Under the pieces are notes generated by a model. It was not told where the DNA came from and searched no databases. It saw nothing but the letters and a program-made list of their open reading frames with translations. A stretch of DNA of 64,000 nucleotides from a virus (taxonomy: Duplodnaviria > Caudoviricetes), in the IMG/VR virus record IMGVR_UViG_3300031998_000044, positions 26,712 through 90,711 of that record; one strand, given 5' to 3'. Position numbers and translations under genes: made by a program. Every line of letters begins with the position of its first letter. The first letter of the stretch is position 1. Shown in pieces: positions 19,648-28,226 of the stretch.

Positions 19648-21810
19648 ATGTATAACGAATATAAAACATTCAGGGAAATAGTAGAAGAATATCCTGAAAT
19701 AAAAAAATATTATGTTTATGATTTATTCCCAAAAGGTAAAGCATTAAACCAAGTCAAAACAATTTATAAAATAAACGAAAATTGGGAACATACAATAGTT
19801 CAAAAACCATTAGAATCAGATGATGATTTGTTACATCCAAAATTTAAAGTAGTAGACGAATGACACAATATCCCGATAACGAACAAAAACAAGCCGCATT
19901 TGAGAACGCTTGCGATTATCTCTATTACGGCTACGGACGTAAGAGATGGATTAAAAACGGACATAATCTCGGTTTGTCCGAGAAAGAATCAAACGAAGTA
20001 TGGCAAAAAGCATTCGAGTATATGTCTAACAAAAACTAAAAAGCAATGACAATCAAAGAATCTTTAGAACAAGAAATAGCAAAAGATGCTAACGAGTTCG
20101 AGCAAAAGTATGGGAAAATGTTTTCTGAAGGAATAATCAGTAGCATCAAGTCTTTTGGCAGGATGCAAATCTATTGCAATAGATATTGTAAATCAACAAA
20201 CCTCTTAGGAATTTGTCCGAAAGACGAACTTGCCTTCCGTGAATTTGTAAAAAAACAAGGTCTTAATCTCCACGAAGAAAGAAATTCTTATGGAGCAAGG
20301 ATGTTAGTTGTAACAATGTAAAACGTAATAATATGAAAAACATCTATCATCAGCACACATCTTCAAATTCATATTGGGATAGCAGTTGGACAGATTCAGA
20401 TTGGTTGCTCTGTGATAACGAAGAAGAATATCAAAAAATGGTAGCAGACCGTAAAGAACAGACAAAGACCTATCAGAATTCAGAAAATGCAAAAATTTAC
20501 GGAGCGTGGAGAATAACTTGCTCCGACGAAGCACCTCTGAAAGCCAACGAATACTACTACGCACACGAGTGGCAAGGTAAGTCATTTAATTGCGTAGGCG
20601 TTTGTTTCGTCAGACACCTTGAACGTAGTAATCACTACGAATACATTATAAAACCAAACACAGTTACTAACTTACAAAATTGCACCGACCATGGATGCGG
20701 TTGGATGTACGGTTCTTAAATCGAAACTGCAATATGGAACAATACAAAATTAATATCGGGAGCGGATTTGTATACTATCGAAATACTTTAGCAGATGCTG
20801 AAAAATTAGCAGAAATGCTTAACTTTGACATAAGCAAAAAGTTCGTAGTTGCCGAAAATTGGTACGAATATCCCCACTTAACAAATGAATTTAGAAAATG
20901 TGAAATAACTAAAATAAATAAACAATGACAAGTACACAAATTCACAGATTATATCTTCTACTTAATGAATTGCATCACGATGCAATATGTAGAATAAACG
21001 TTACATTAGATGATACTCCACCTATGACATTGATATTCCAACATCTTGACGATGAATATGTTTCGTTCAATCTTGTAGGATATTTCAAAGGACGAAAACG
21101 TACAATGCCATATTGTATAACTTTCTCAGAAATGAAGACTTGGAACATTGATGATTCCAATGGACTTCTTTACGGATGGTTGAAATATATACAAAAAAAC
21201 ACAGTAGACAACTGTGGAGAGCCGCTTTGTTAAAACAATTAAATATGTTTATAATACACGATTTCGGAAGTAATTTTACATTACAACAAATAAAAGATAT
21301 ATTAATCGAAGGCAAAGGCTATGTATGCGAACTGCAAAAAGAAATGCCTTTCAATGAGAACGATTATCTCGGATTTGATGGTATATTACATACTTATAAA
21401 GATTGGAAAGAATTTTTTAGATTAAAAATATGAACTTAGAAATTAAAGAAAAGCAATTAAAGAAAGAATGTTATACGTATGCATTCAATTTTTATCACGG
21501 TTGGATTATCGAAAAATTAGCACAAACAATATCACCAAGATATTACACAAAACATTGTAACGTATATATTGTTACAGAGTACAAAGATGGTACTTATATG
21601 ACAGCATTTACATTTGGCGGATATAATAATAATCTCGGTGTTGTTTGTCCAGAAAAACTGATGATTAAATATAACAAAAAAGTTATGAATATGTATAAGA
21701 GGAAGAATTTTCCATCAAAAAAGCAAATATATAATTTCTTTAAAGAATTAATAGATGCTATTGATAAAGAAATTGATAATATGCCACATTACAAAAGAAC
21801 AAAAAGATGA
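19648..21810 (+). CDS. Cluster of small hypothetical genes (19648-19863, 19860-20039, 20046-20321, 20333-20719, 20925-21233, 21430-21810 and neighbours)
   Basis: Contiguous co-oriented ORFs; no function recognised. Confidence 0.5.
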
Positions 21811-22127
21811 AAAAAACAATTAAAACAGCAATAATCATCATCGTTTTAACCGTATTGGCAATAATTGCATACAATGCTTATAAGTCAATATCAGAAACGA
21901 CTGTTACAAAAACCGAGTTCGACAAAGCAAATGCCATTCTAAATCATCGTATTGAGAATATATTGCAAAATCAAGACAGCATAAAACGAGAACTTGCAAA
22001 ACTCGGCTATAAAGTAGATACCGTTAATATACGGTTAGATACAATTCAAGCAGTTGACATATTAATTTATCAATCGATGCAAGAAAACTCAGGCAAAACT
22101 ATTTGGGATTGGCTTAAATTTGAATGA
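21807..22127 (+). CDS. Membrane-anchored coiled-coil protein
   Basis: MKKTIKTAIIIIVLTVLAIIAYNAY transmembrane helix followed by heptads. Confidence 0.55.
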   Translation: MKKTIKTAIIIIVLTVLAIIAYNAYKSISETTVTKTEFDKANAILNHRIENILQNQDSIKRELAKLGYKVDTVNIRLDTIQAVDILIYQSMQENSGKTIWDWLKFE

Positions 22128-22300
22128 TATGGCAAGACAGAAGGAATGGAGATTGTACTTTCAACACGTCATCGTTACGGCTTACATAGTCGAAAATGAT
22201 GGCGTGTTTGAAGTTACTTTTAGCAATGATAAGATAAAGCCTATGCGATTAAAAGCCATAAGCAGAGAATTAATTTATAATCACGCAAAAAGATATATAG

Positions 22301-22519
22301 ATGTTTGACTACGAGAACACAGGAATTAAAGATGACAATAACGAACCAATTTTTGAAGGGAATACAGTAATTGGTTATCCAAGCAAAACAGAATACAAGG
22401 TAATTTATTCACCTGAATTTGCCGCTTTTGTAGGAAGGCATACAAGTAAAAACAAAACATCAGATGTGCCTTTATTTACACTGAAACTTATGTATAAAAA
22501 CAAATTATTTAAGAAATAA
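22301..22519 (+). CDS. YopX-like short protein
   Basis: TGIKDDNNEPIFEGNTV matches the YopX signature TGLKDKNGKEIYEGDIV. Confidence 0.55.
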   Translation: MFDYENTGIKDDNNEPIFEGNTVIGYPSKTEYKVIYSPEFAAFVGRHTSKNKTSDVPLFTLKLMYKNKLFKK

Positions 22520-23028
22520 TGGGAGCAATAAATTATTGTACATCGCCAAGAATTTGTACTTTGGGATATTACTTTACAGATTACGAAGAACCTGATGAAA
22601 ACGATATTCTTGAAACAATAGCGATAAATAACGTTAGCCGTGAAGTTGCAAAAGAAATATTACGTGATAATTTTTACGATTCAATAAACGAAGATTTTGA
22701 TGCAGTAGATTCTTTATTAGATAAAGATAAAAATGATTGGAAGTATTACGAAATCACAGTTAAAGATGGCTATCATGAAGGATTTTATGTAAATTTCGAC
22801 AATGTATACATAGCATTTGATGAAGATAGGCAAAGACTTGAAATGCACAAAGAACTTACTCAGATAAGACAAAGAATACTCAAATGCATAAAAGAATATG
22901 GTATGCGAATTACAATACCTCATTGGTGTCCAACTTGGTATAAAACAATCGATGAATCGTACAAAAAACTAAATGAATTAATTAAAGAAGAAAGAAAATT
23001 TATAAACTCTATTAAAGTCGAATCATAA
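22519..23028 (+). CDS. Hypothetical protein
   Basis: 169-aa ORF with start/stop overlap. Confidence 0.55.
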   Translation: MGAINYCTSPRICTLGYYFTDYEEPDENDILETIAINNVSREVAKEILRDNFYDSINEDFDAVDSLLDKDKNDWKYYEITVKDGYHEGFYVNFDNVYIAFDEDRQRLEMHKELTQIRQRILKCIKEYGMRITIPHWCPTWYKTIDESYKKLNELIKEERKFINSIKVES

Positions 23029-23034
23029 AATTAT

Positions 23035-23042
23035 TATATTTG
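23035..23042 (+). promoter_or_regulatory. -7 element upstream of the SSB gene
   Basis: TATATTTG 24 nt before ATG 23066; no clear -33 element. Confidence 0.4.
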
Positions 23043-23065
23043 TAAAATTTTAAATATCAAAAAAA

Positions 23066-23464
23066 ATGTTAGTAGAAATCACAGGTAAATTAGTATTAGT
23101 AGAAAAACCTACAGAACGTAATTGGAACAATCAAATTATCAAAAGTCAGAAAATCTTACTTGACACATACGATTGGGACAAAGTTAACAAAGTACAAATC
23201 GAAATCAATCCCGACAAGATTAATATGGGTAATGCTCAAATCGGAGACATTATTACCTTCAAGTGTAAAATTGAATCGAAAGAATCCAAAAATGGAACGT
23301 GGTTTACGAATATCAAAGGATATGCAATAAGCGACCATAAGCAGAGCCAATCACAGCCACAACAACCACAGCAGCCACAGTCTTATGTTCAAACTGCTCA
23401 ACCTGTTCAGCAACCTCAACCTGTACAGCAGCAACAAGTTAACGATTCAGATTTACCTTTTTAG
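23066..23464 (+). CDS. Single-stranded DNA-binding protein, DUF3127 family
   Basis: OB-fold-like N-terminus (EITGK...GDIITFKCKIESKE...WFTNI), Q/P-rich linker, acidic DLPF tail. Confidence 0.8.
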   Translation: MLVEITGKLVLVEKPTERNWNNQIIKSQKILLDTYDWDKVNKVQIEINPDKINMGNAQIGDIITFKCKIESKESKNGTWFTNIKGYAISDHKQSQSQPQQPQQPQSYVQTAQPVQQPQPVQQQQVNDSDLPF

Positions 23465-23466
23465 AT

Positions 23467-23778
23467 ATGCACGCAGGACTAAATATTATATTCCAATCTT
23501 GCAAAGACCGAATAATATCTGACATCAAATGTTATTTGGAGGACAAAAAAGACCAATGCTGTCAATTGGAAGAATTACCGTACAAAGTATGGAACGATAT
23601 TGATGGCATTGTAATTACTTATTATTTTGCAAACGTTTTTATCGACAATGACGGTATAGTGAAAGTAGTATACCGTTATGGCTTAGGTACTACACCACAA
23701 GATACAAATCCTGATACTTGCCCATTAGATGACCTCTCAATGGATGAGTTGTGGGCAATAATTCAACGTATCGAATAA
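23467..23778 (+). CDS. Hypothetical protein
   Basis: 103-aa ORF followed by a hairpin with T tract at ~23797-23836. Confidence 0.55.
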   Translation: MHAGLNIIFQSCKDRIISDIKCYLEDKKDQCCQLEELPYKVWNDIDGIVITYYFANVFIDNDGIVKVVYRYGLGTTPQDTNPDTCPLDDLSMDELWAIIQRIE

Positions 23779-23999
23779 AAATAAATCTCCTATTTTAGCA
23801 CCTTTTCGCAACTTTCTGCGGAGAGGTGCGTTTTTATAGGAATAACAAATTAACTAAGTAGTATATGACACGCAAAGAAGAACTTGAAAAAAACTCGATA
23901 GTCTGTTAGAAGAATTTAAGGACATCGATTACGAAGAAGTGGTTGAAACACTCGAATACTATGCTTTTATCTACCAATCAAAAATAAACCGAGAATAAT

Positions 24000-24593
24000 A
24001 TGGTTACACTAAATGACATAAAGAACGCAAATAATATTTGTTCTGTGTTTAAACGTCACAGATATAACAAGGGAATATTACTTGATGCTTTCTTGTTTGA
24101 TACACTTGAAGATTTCGACATAAATTGTCATTATAAATACGATTTCGATGTTTATTTGACAAAGTTTGGAATAAATTTGCAAAGACCGTATGTTTGGGAA
24201 TATTACCAACAACAAGAATTAATATTATCTCTACTTTTTGAAAAACAAGTTGAAAAGGTTGTTGCTATATTGCACAATAGCGATTTAAACCGTAAAAATG
24301 CAGTAATGTTTATCATTGACGGAAAGCAACGATTATTAACAATTTATAAATTTATACACAATGAGTTCCCTATAAATCTTAATGGGAAACAAGTATACTT
24401 CAAAGATTTTGATAAGGATGCTTACTACTTTTTCCGTAGTCGAGTAAATTATATTCTTGCTGATGTATATTACTCTTATGATAATGAACCGATTTCTGAC
24501 GAGGAAAAAATAATCATATTCAATTTTTATAACTTCTCAGGCACTCCACAGACTGAAGAACATAAGAAAAAACTTGAAGCATTATTACAATAA
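24000..24593 (+). CDS. Stand-alone DUF262 (ParB/Srx-fold, GmrS/SspE-like) protein
   Basis: LQRPYVW, IIDGKQRLLTI and FNFYNFSGTP match the QRxYxW, DGQQR and FxxxN motifs. Confidence 0.75.
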   Translation: MVTLNDIKNANNICSVFKRHRYNKGILLDAFLFDTLEDFDINCHYKYDFDVYLTKFGINLQRPYVWEYYQQQELILSLLFEKQVEKVVAILHNSDLNRKNAVMFIIDGKQRLLTIYKFIHNEFPINLNGKQVYFKDFDKDAYYFFRSRVNYILADVYYSYDNEPISDEEKIIIFNFYNFSGTPQTEEHKKKLEALLQ

Positions 24594-24626
24594 ACACGAA
24601 TTACTAACAATTAAAACATTACAGCT

Positions 24627-25244
24627 ATGAAGAAACTATTATTTATCTTGCTCGCAACGATATGGTGTATCGGAGCAAACGGACAAAATACAAATAATCA
24701 AACACAAAAATATTATGAAGATATTTGCACTCCAATGATTGAAATCAAAAACATTCATCCAGAATCAATAACCAAAGAACAAATAATAGAATTAAATATT
24801 TTTGTTGATAAATATAATAAAATAAATGAAAATAAAATTATTGACCATATTGAGATTGAACCAAATATTGAACCATTTAGAGTTATTTGTCTAAATAAAG
24901 AAAATTCGGTTATTGGTCATATATGTTTAGCGTCAACAGGAAAATATAATACAACATATAAGATATTAAAAAAAGGTAGAATTTATTGCAAAAGGAATTT
25001 AGAAAAAAATGAATATTACTTAGGCAATGAAATTCCTAATCAATATGAACATGATAAAAGGTTTAATATTATTGGATTATTTTTTATGCCATATATGAAT
25101 AGCGAATATCCTTATTATGGTATAGGGTTATTTGGATATGATTTGAATCGTTTAGAAATAGATTATGAGAATAAAATTGTAGATTTATTAATGGAAAAAC
25201 ATATATATTATACTACGATAATACAACAAGCCTTAAACAATTAA
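24627..25244 (+). CDS. Exported protein with signal peptide, very AT-rich
   Basis: MKKLLFILLATIWCIGANG signal peptide; followed by its own terminator. Confidence 0.6.
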   Translation: MKKLLFILLATIWCIGANGQNTNNQTQKYYEDICTPMIEIKNIHPESITKEQIIELNIFVDKYNKINENKIIDHIEIEPNIEPFRVICLNKENSVIGHICLASTGKYNTTYKILKKGRIYCKRNLEKNEYYLGNEIPNQYEHDKRFNIIGLFFMPYMNSEYPYYGIGLFGYDLNRLEIDYENKIVDLLMEKHIYYTTIIQQALNN

Positions 25245-25250
25245 TATTTA

Positions 25251-25286
25251 AGCCGTCTTGGGTAACTTCCCTTGACGGCTTTTTTT
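25251..25286 (+). terminator. Intrinsic terminator (GCCGTC stem type)
   Basis: AGCCGTC...GACGGCT followed by a T tract. Confidence 0.8.
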
Positions 25287-25300
25287 CTTAATAACTAATT

Positions 25301-25352
25301 CTTACATATAATGTAAGTGTTTGTTTTTGTATTTAGTTTATTTCTTTATTTG
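25301..25352 (+). promoter_or_regulatory. Palindrome-plus-(-7) promoter B
   Basis: CTTACA-TATAA-TGTAAG (25301-25317), 27-nt spacer, TTTATTTG (25345-25352); extra palindrome GAAGTTA-T-TAACTTC at 25354-25368. Confidence 0.7.
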
Positions 25353-25383
25353 TGAAGTTATTAACTTCTAAAAAATTAAAAAA

Positions 25384-26808
25384 ATGAATATAAATACAAA
25401 TGACTATGTAGTAGTAAATGGAAAAAAATATTACGCAGAAGGTGGTATAAAATATTTTGATAATGGAGGACCAACTAAAAAAGAACTTAAACAATTTGTT
25501 GATTGGAATTCCAATCGTATGAATAAAAAATCATTAAGAGGACCAACTTCATGGCGTTCAGGGGATGAAAAAGACGAAGATTTTGCAAAGCAATTTATTC
25601 AGAATATGCAAAACTATGTAAATCCAAATGATAAGAATAAATTGACATTAACTCAAGCAATGCATATTCAAGATTTATTAGATTCAGTACCAAAATATGT
25701 AAAAGACGAAGATTTATACGATGTATATAATAGTGAAGGTAAATTTGCTGGATTTGAAGATAGTCCTGAACTTATGAATTTACGTTGGGCAGATAAATAT
25801 AATAATATTGATGATATTATTAGTAATCGTAGTCTAATGTTTAAAAATGTATATAATTCACCTGAATTTCAAAATAAAGTAAAAGAATTTCTTTCTACAA
25901 AACGTGGTAATGGTTCATATATTGAATATAAACATCCAATAACAGGTGATGATATGTATTATAGGTTTTATATTGGTAAAGATGGGGCAGGATTTGTACC
26001 TGATTTTAATGCAAAAAGTAAAGGATTTGAGCCTATTGTTACACTTAGAGGAAATGGAATAGAAAATACAGAAGAATATGAAATTGAACCTGAAAAAAGA
26101 GAAATTTATAATGGTGAAGAAATCGTAATTCCTGCAAAAAAAGGTAGAAGATTTATTATTAACCAAAATGAAAAAAATAGAATAGACAACGGTTATAGTT
26201 ATGGAAATTTTTATGAAGGTTCTGAATCTAATCCTGTAAATCTTGGAACAGGAGAAAAAATAGAGTATTATAACAATTTAAAAAATTTAAATGCCAACGA
26301 CCAATATAAACAAATAAAGGAAAACCATGCATACGGTGGTCCTACTACTCGTCTTTTCGCAAGCGGCGGTGATATGGGTGCTATTCCTATGGGTGAACAG
26401 CCTGACTACAATATGGTAGGCGCAGGTGGAAGCCACGAAATGAATCCGCAAGGCGGTGTGCCATACGGAATGAACACAGACGGAAGCCAAAATATGGTAG
26501 AACAAGGCGAAGTTTCTGTTGGAAACAACGTATTTAGTGACCGCACAGCAATATCGCCCGAACTTTGTCAACAACTTGGATTACCCGAAGGTACATCACA
26601 CGCACAGGCAATGCAGCAAATTGAAGCATTGTATGAGCAAGGACAAATTGGCGAACAAGAATACCAAGAAATCTCCCAAATTCTTTTCCAAGACCAAGAA
26701 GCGCAAAAACAAGGTGGTGGTATGCCGCAACCTCAAAACGAAGGTATTCAGCCTGAAATGGTAGCACCCGAAGGTTATGCTTGGGGTGGTCGTAGAAGAT
26801 GTAGATAA
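25384..26808 (+). CDS. crAss-type putative virion cargo protein with repeated xxxGG motifs
   Basis: YAEGG, FDNGG, HAYGG, FASGG, YAWGG; C-terminal GGSHEMNPQGGVPYG...NMVEQGEV...VFSDR segment recalled from crAss-like virion proteins. Confidence 0.55.
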   Translation: MNINTNDYVVVNGKKYYAEGGIKYFDNGGPTKKELKQFVDWNSNRMNKKSLRGPTSWRSGDEKDEDFAKQFIQNMQNYVNPNDKNKLTLTQAMHIQDLLDSVPKYVKDEDLYDVYNSEGKFAGFEDSPELMNLRWADKYNNIDDIISNRSLMFKNVYNSPEFQNKVKEFLSTKRGNGSYIEYKHPITGDDMYYRFYIGKDGAGFVPDFNAKSKGFEPIVTLRGNGIENTEEYEIEPEKREIYNGEEIVIPAKKGRRFIINQNEKNRIDNGYSYGNFYEGSESNPVNLGTGEKIEYYNNLKNLNANDQYKQIKENHAYGGPTTRLFASGGDMGAIPMGEQPDYNMVGAGGSHEMNPQGGVPYGMNTDGSQNMVEQGEVSVGNNVFSDRTAISPELCQQLGLPEGTSHAQAMQQIEALYEQGQIGEQEYQEISQILFQDQEAQKQGGGMPQPQNEGIQPEMVAPEGYAWGGRRRCR

Positions 26809-26831
26809 TTTCCATAGAGTGTTTATTTTTT

Positions 26832-26863
26832 GCCGTTAGGTACTTCACCTGACGGCTTTTTTT
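26832..26863 (+). terminator. Intrinsic terminator
   Basis: GCCGTTAGGT-ACTTC-ACCTGACGGC followed by T7. Confidence 0.8.
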
Positions 26864-26919
26864 ATTACAAAAATAGTAAGGATAATTGTTGGTTATAAAT
26901 TACCATAATTTTATATTTG
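26864..26919 (+). promoter_or_regulatory. Degenerate palindrome plus sigma-A-like promoter
   Basis: ATTACA-AAAAT-AGTAAG (26864-26880); GTTG, 20-nt spacer, TATATTTG (26912-26919). Confidence 0.45.
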
Positions 26920-26955
26920 TATCTGTTTTTGAAATTTTTATATTATTATTCCTCA

Positions 26956-26986
26956 GCCGTCGGTAGTTTTTATCGACGGCATTTTT
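26956..26986 (+). terminator. Intrinsic terminator
   Basis: GCCGTCG...CGACGGC followed by ATTTTT. Confidence 0.75.
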
Positions 26987-26990
26987 ATTA

Positions 26991-27042
26991 CTTACACATT
27001 TTGTAAGGTATTAAAAATCAACGGTAATATATAGTATTTTTG
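26991..27042 (+). promoter_or_regulatory. Palindrome-plus-(-7) promoter C
   Basis: CTTACA-CATTT-TGTAAG (26991-27007), 27-nt spacer, TATTTTTG (27035-27042); heads the Bro-N/DUF3310/ring/muzzle unit. Confidence 0.75.
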
Positions 27043-27067
27043 TACATCTTATAACAATAATTACAAT

Positions 27068-27317
27068 ATGGGAAATAATATAAGAATTTTTAAAAATGAA
27101 ACATTCGGAGAAGTTAGAGTAACCGAATTGAATGGAGAGCCAATGTTTTGTTTGGCAGATGTAGCAAAAGCGTTAGAATATGCAAACCCTGCTAAGGCTG
27201 TTATAGACCATTGTAAAGGGGTTACCATTTTAGAAACCCCCACTACAGGTGGTATACAGCATATTAAATAAGGCAATATTATCATTATTAATTAAATCAA
27301 AGATTAATCCTTTTTAA
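27068..27317 (+). pseudogene. Truncated Bro-N (antirepressor-type) gene
   Basis: IFKNETFGEVRV...GEPMFCLADVAKALEYANPAKAVIDHCKGV...GGIQ ends at TAA 27269-27271; LLIKSK continues in another frame. Confidence 0.7.
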
Positions 27318-27319
27318 AT

Positions 27320-27513
27320 ATGGATAACACAAAACCAAAATATTATCAAAAAGGCAAAATTGAAGTTTGGGATTTTATTAAAGACCAAAACTTAGATTTT
27401 TTTGCAGGAAATGTAATTAAATATGTATGCCGTACAAGGACAAAAACGGCTTAGAAGATTTAAAAAAGGCACAAGTATATCTTGAAAAACTGATTAAAAA
27501 TATGCAAGAATGA
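27320..27513 (+). pseudogene. Frameshifted DUF3310 (SaV-like) gene
   Basis: KPKYYQKGKIEVWDFI...GNVIKYVCR, then a 1-nt deletion, then (Y)KDKNGLEDLKKAQVYLEKLI; paralogue of 35243-35479. Confidence 0.75.
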
Positions 27514-28226
27514 GTACATTCAGAGAAATTCTATATATGATTCAAGATGAGTGTAAATACGATACTGATGATTCGTATTACACACATGAACATATATTAT
27601 GGCTAATGCAACGTTATCGTTCACTACTTTTTACACAAAAATACGGTGGTGTTAACGGCAACCTAAAAAAGAAAATTCCTGATAGCAATCAACAGGAGAT
27701 ATGTATAGAATTAATGAAGGTTTATGGCAATAATAACGCCCGCTGTGACAGTGGACTATATCTTACGTCTACTAAGCCAATACCGAGCATAATGCCGTAT
27801 ACAAAACCAAAACTATACACAGTTGATATGTACTCAACAATTAGCCACATTGACTTTGTAGGCTACGAGCAAATGAAATATAGTGGCACAAATAAATATT
27901 TCAAGAATATCATTTATGGTAGTATTGCACCAAATAAACATTTATTTTTAAAGGCGCAGAATCCCACTTTTTCTAACCTTGGAAAGATTAAAATGTCTGC
28001 TATATTCGAAGATATTACCGAAGCAGCTAAACTCTCTTGTGACGAAAATTGCGATACTTTGGATAATTCATTTCCTCTCGAAGATGCACTTATTCCTGTA
28101 TTGGTGCAATCAGTAGTCAAAGAACTGACTGAAAGATTAGTTGTACCTGAAGATAAGTCAAACAACGCAGACGACAACCAAAACGAAAATATGTACGCTA
28201 ATGGCAACGCAAGACCTACAGAATAA
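27510..28226 (+). CDS. crAss tail ring/adaptor protein
   Basis: MSTFREILYMI...ILWLMQRYRSLL...QEICIELMKV...YGSIAPNKHLFL...FPLEDALIP...VKEL pattern of crAss ring proteins (recalled). Confidence 0.65.
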   Translation: MSTFREILYMIQDECKYDTDDSYYTHEHILWLMQRYRSLLFTQKYGGVNGNLKKKIPDSNQQEICIELMKVYGNNNARCDSGLYLTSTKPIPSIMPYTKPKLYTVDMYSTISHIDFVGYEQMKYSGTNKYFKNIIYGSIAPNKHLFLKAQNPTFSNLGKIKMSAIFEDITEAAKLSCDENCDTLDNSFPLEDALIPVLVQSVVKELTERLVVPEDKSNNADDNQNENMYANGNARPTE

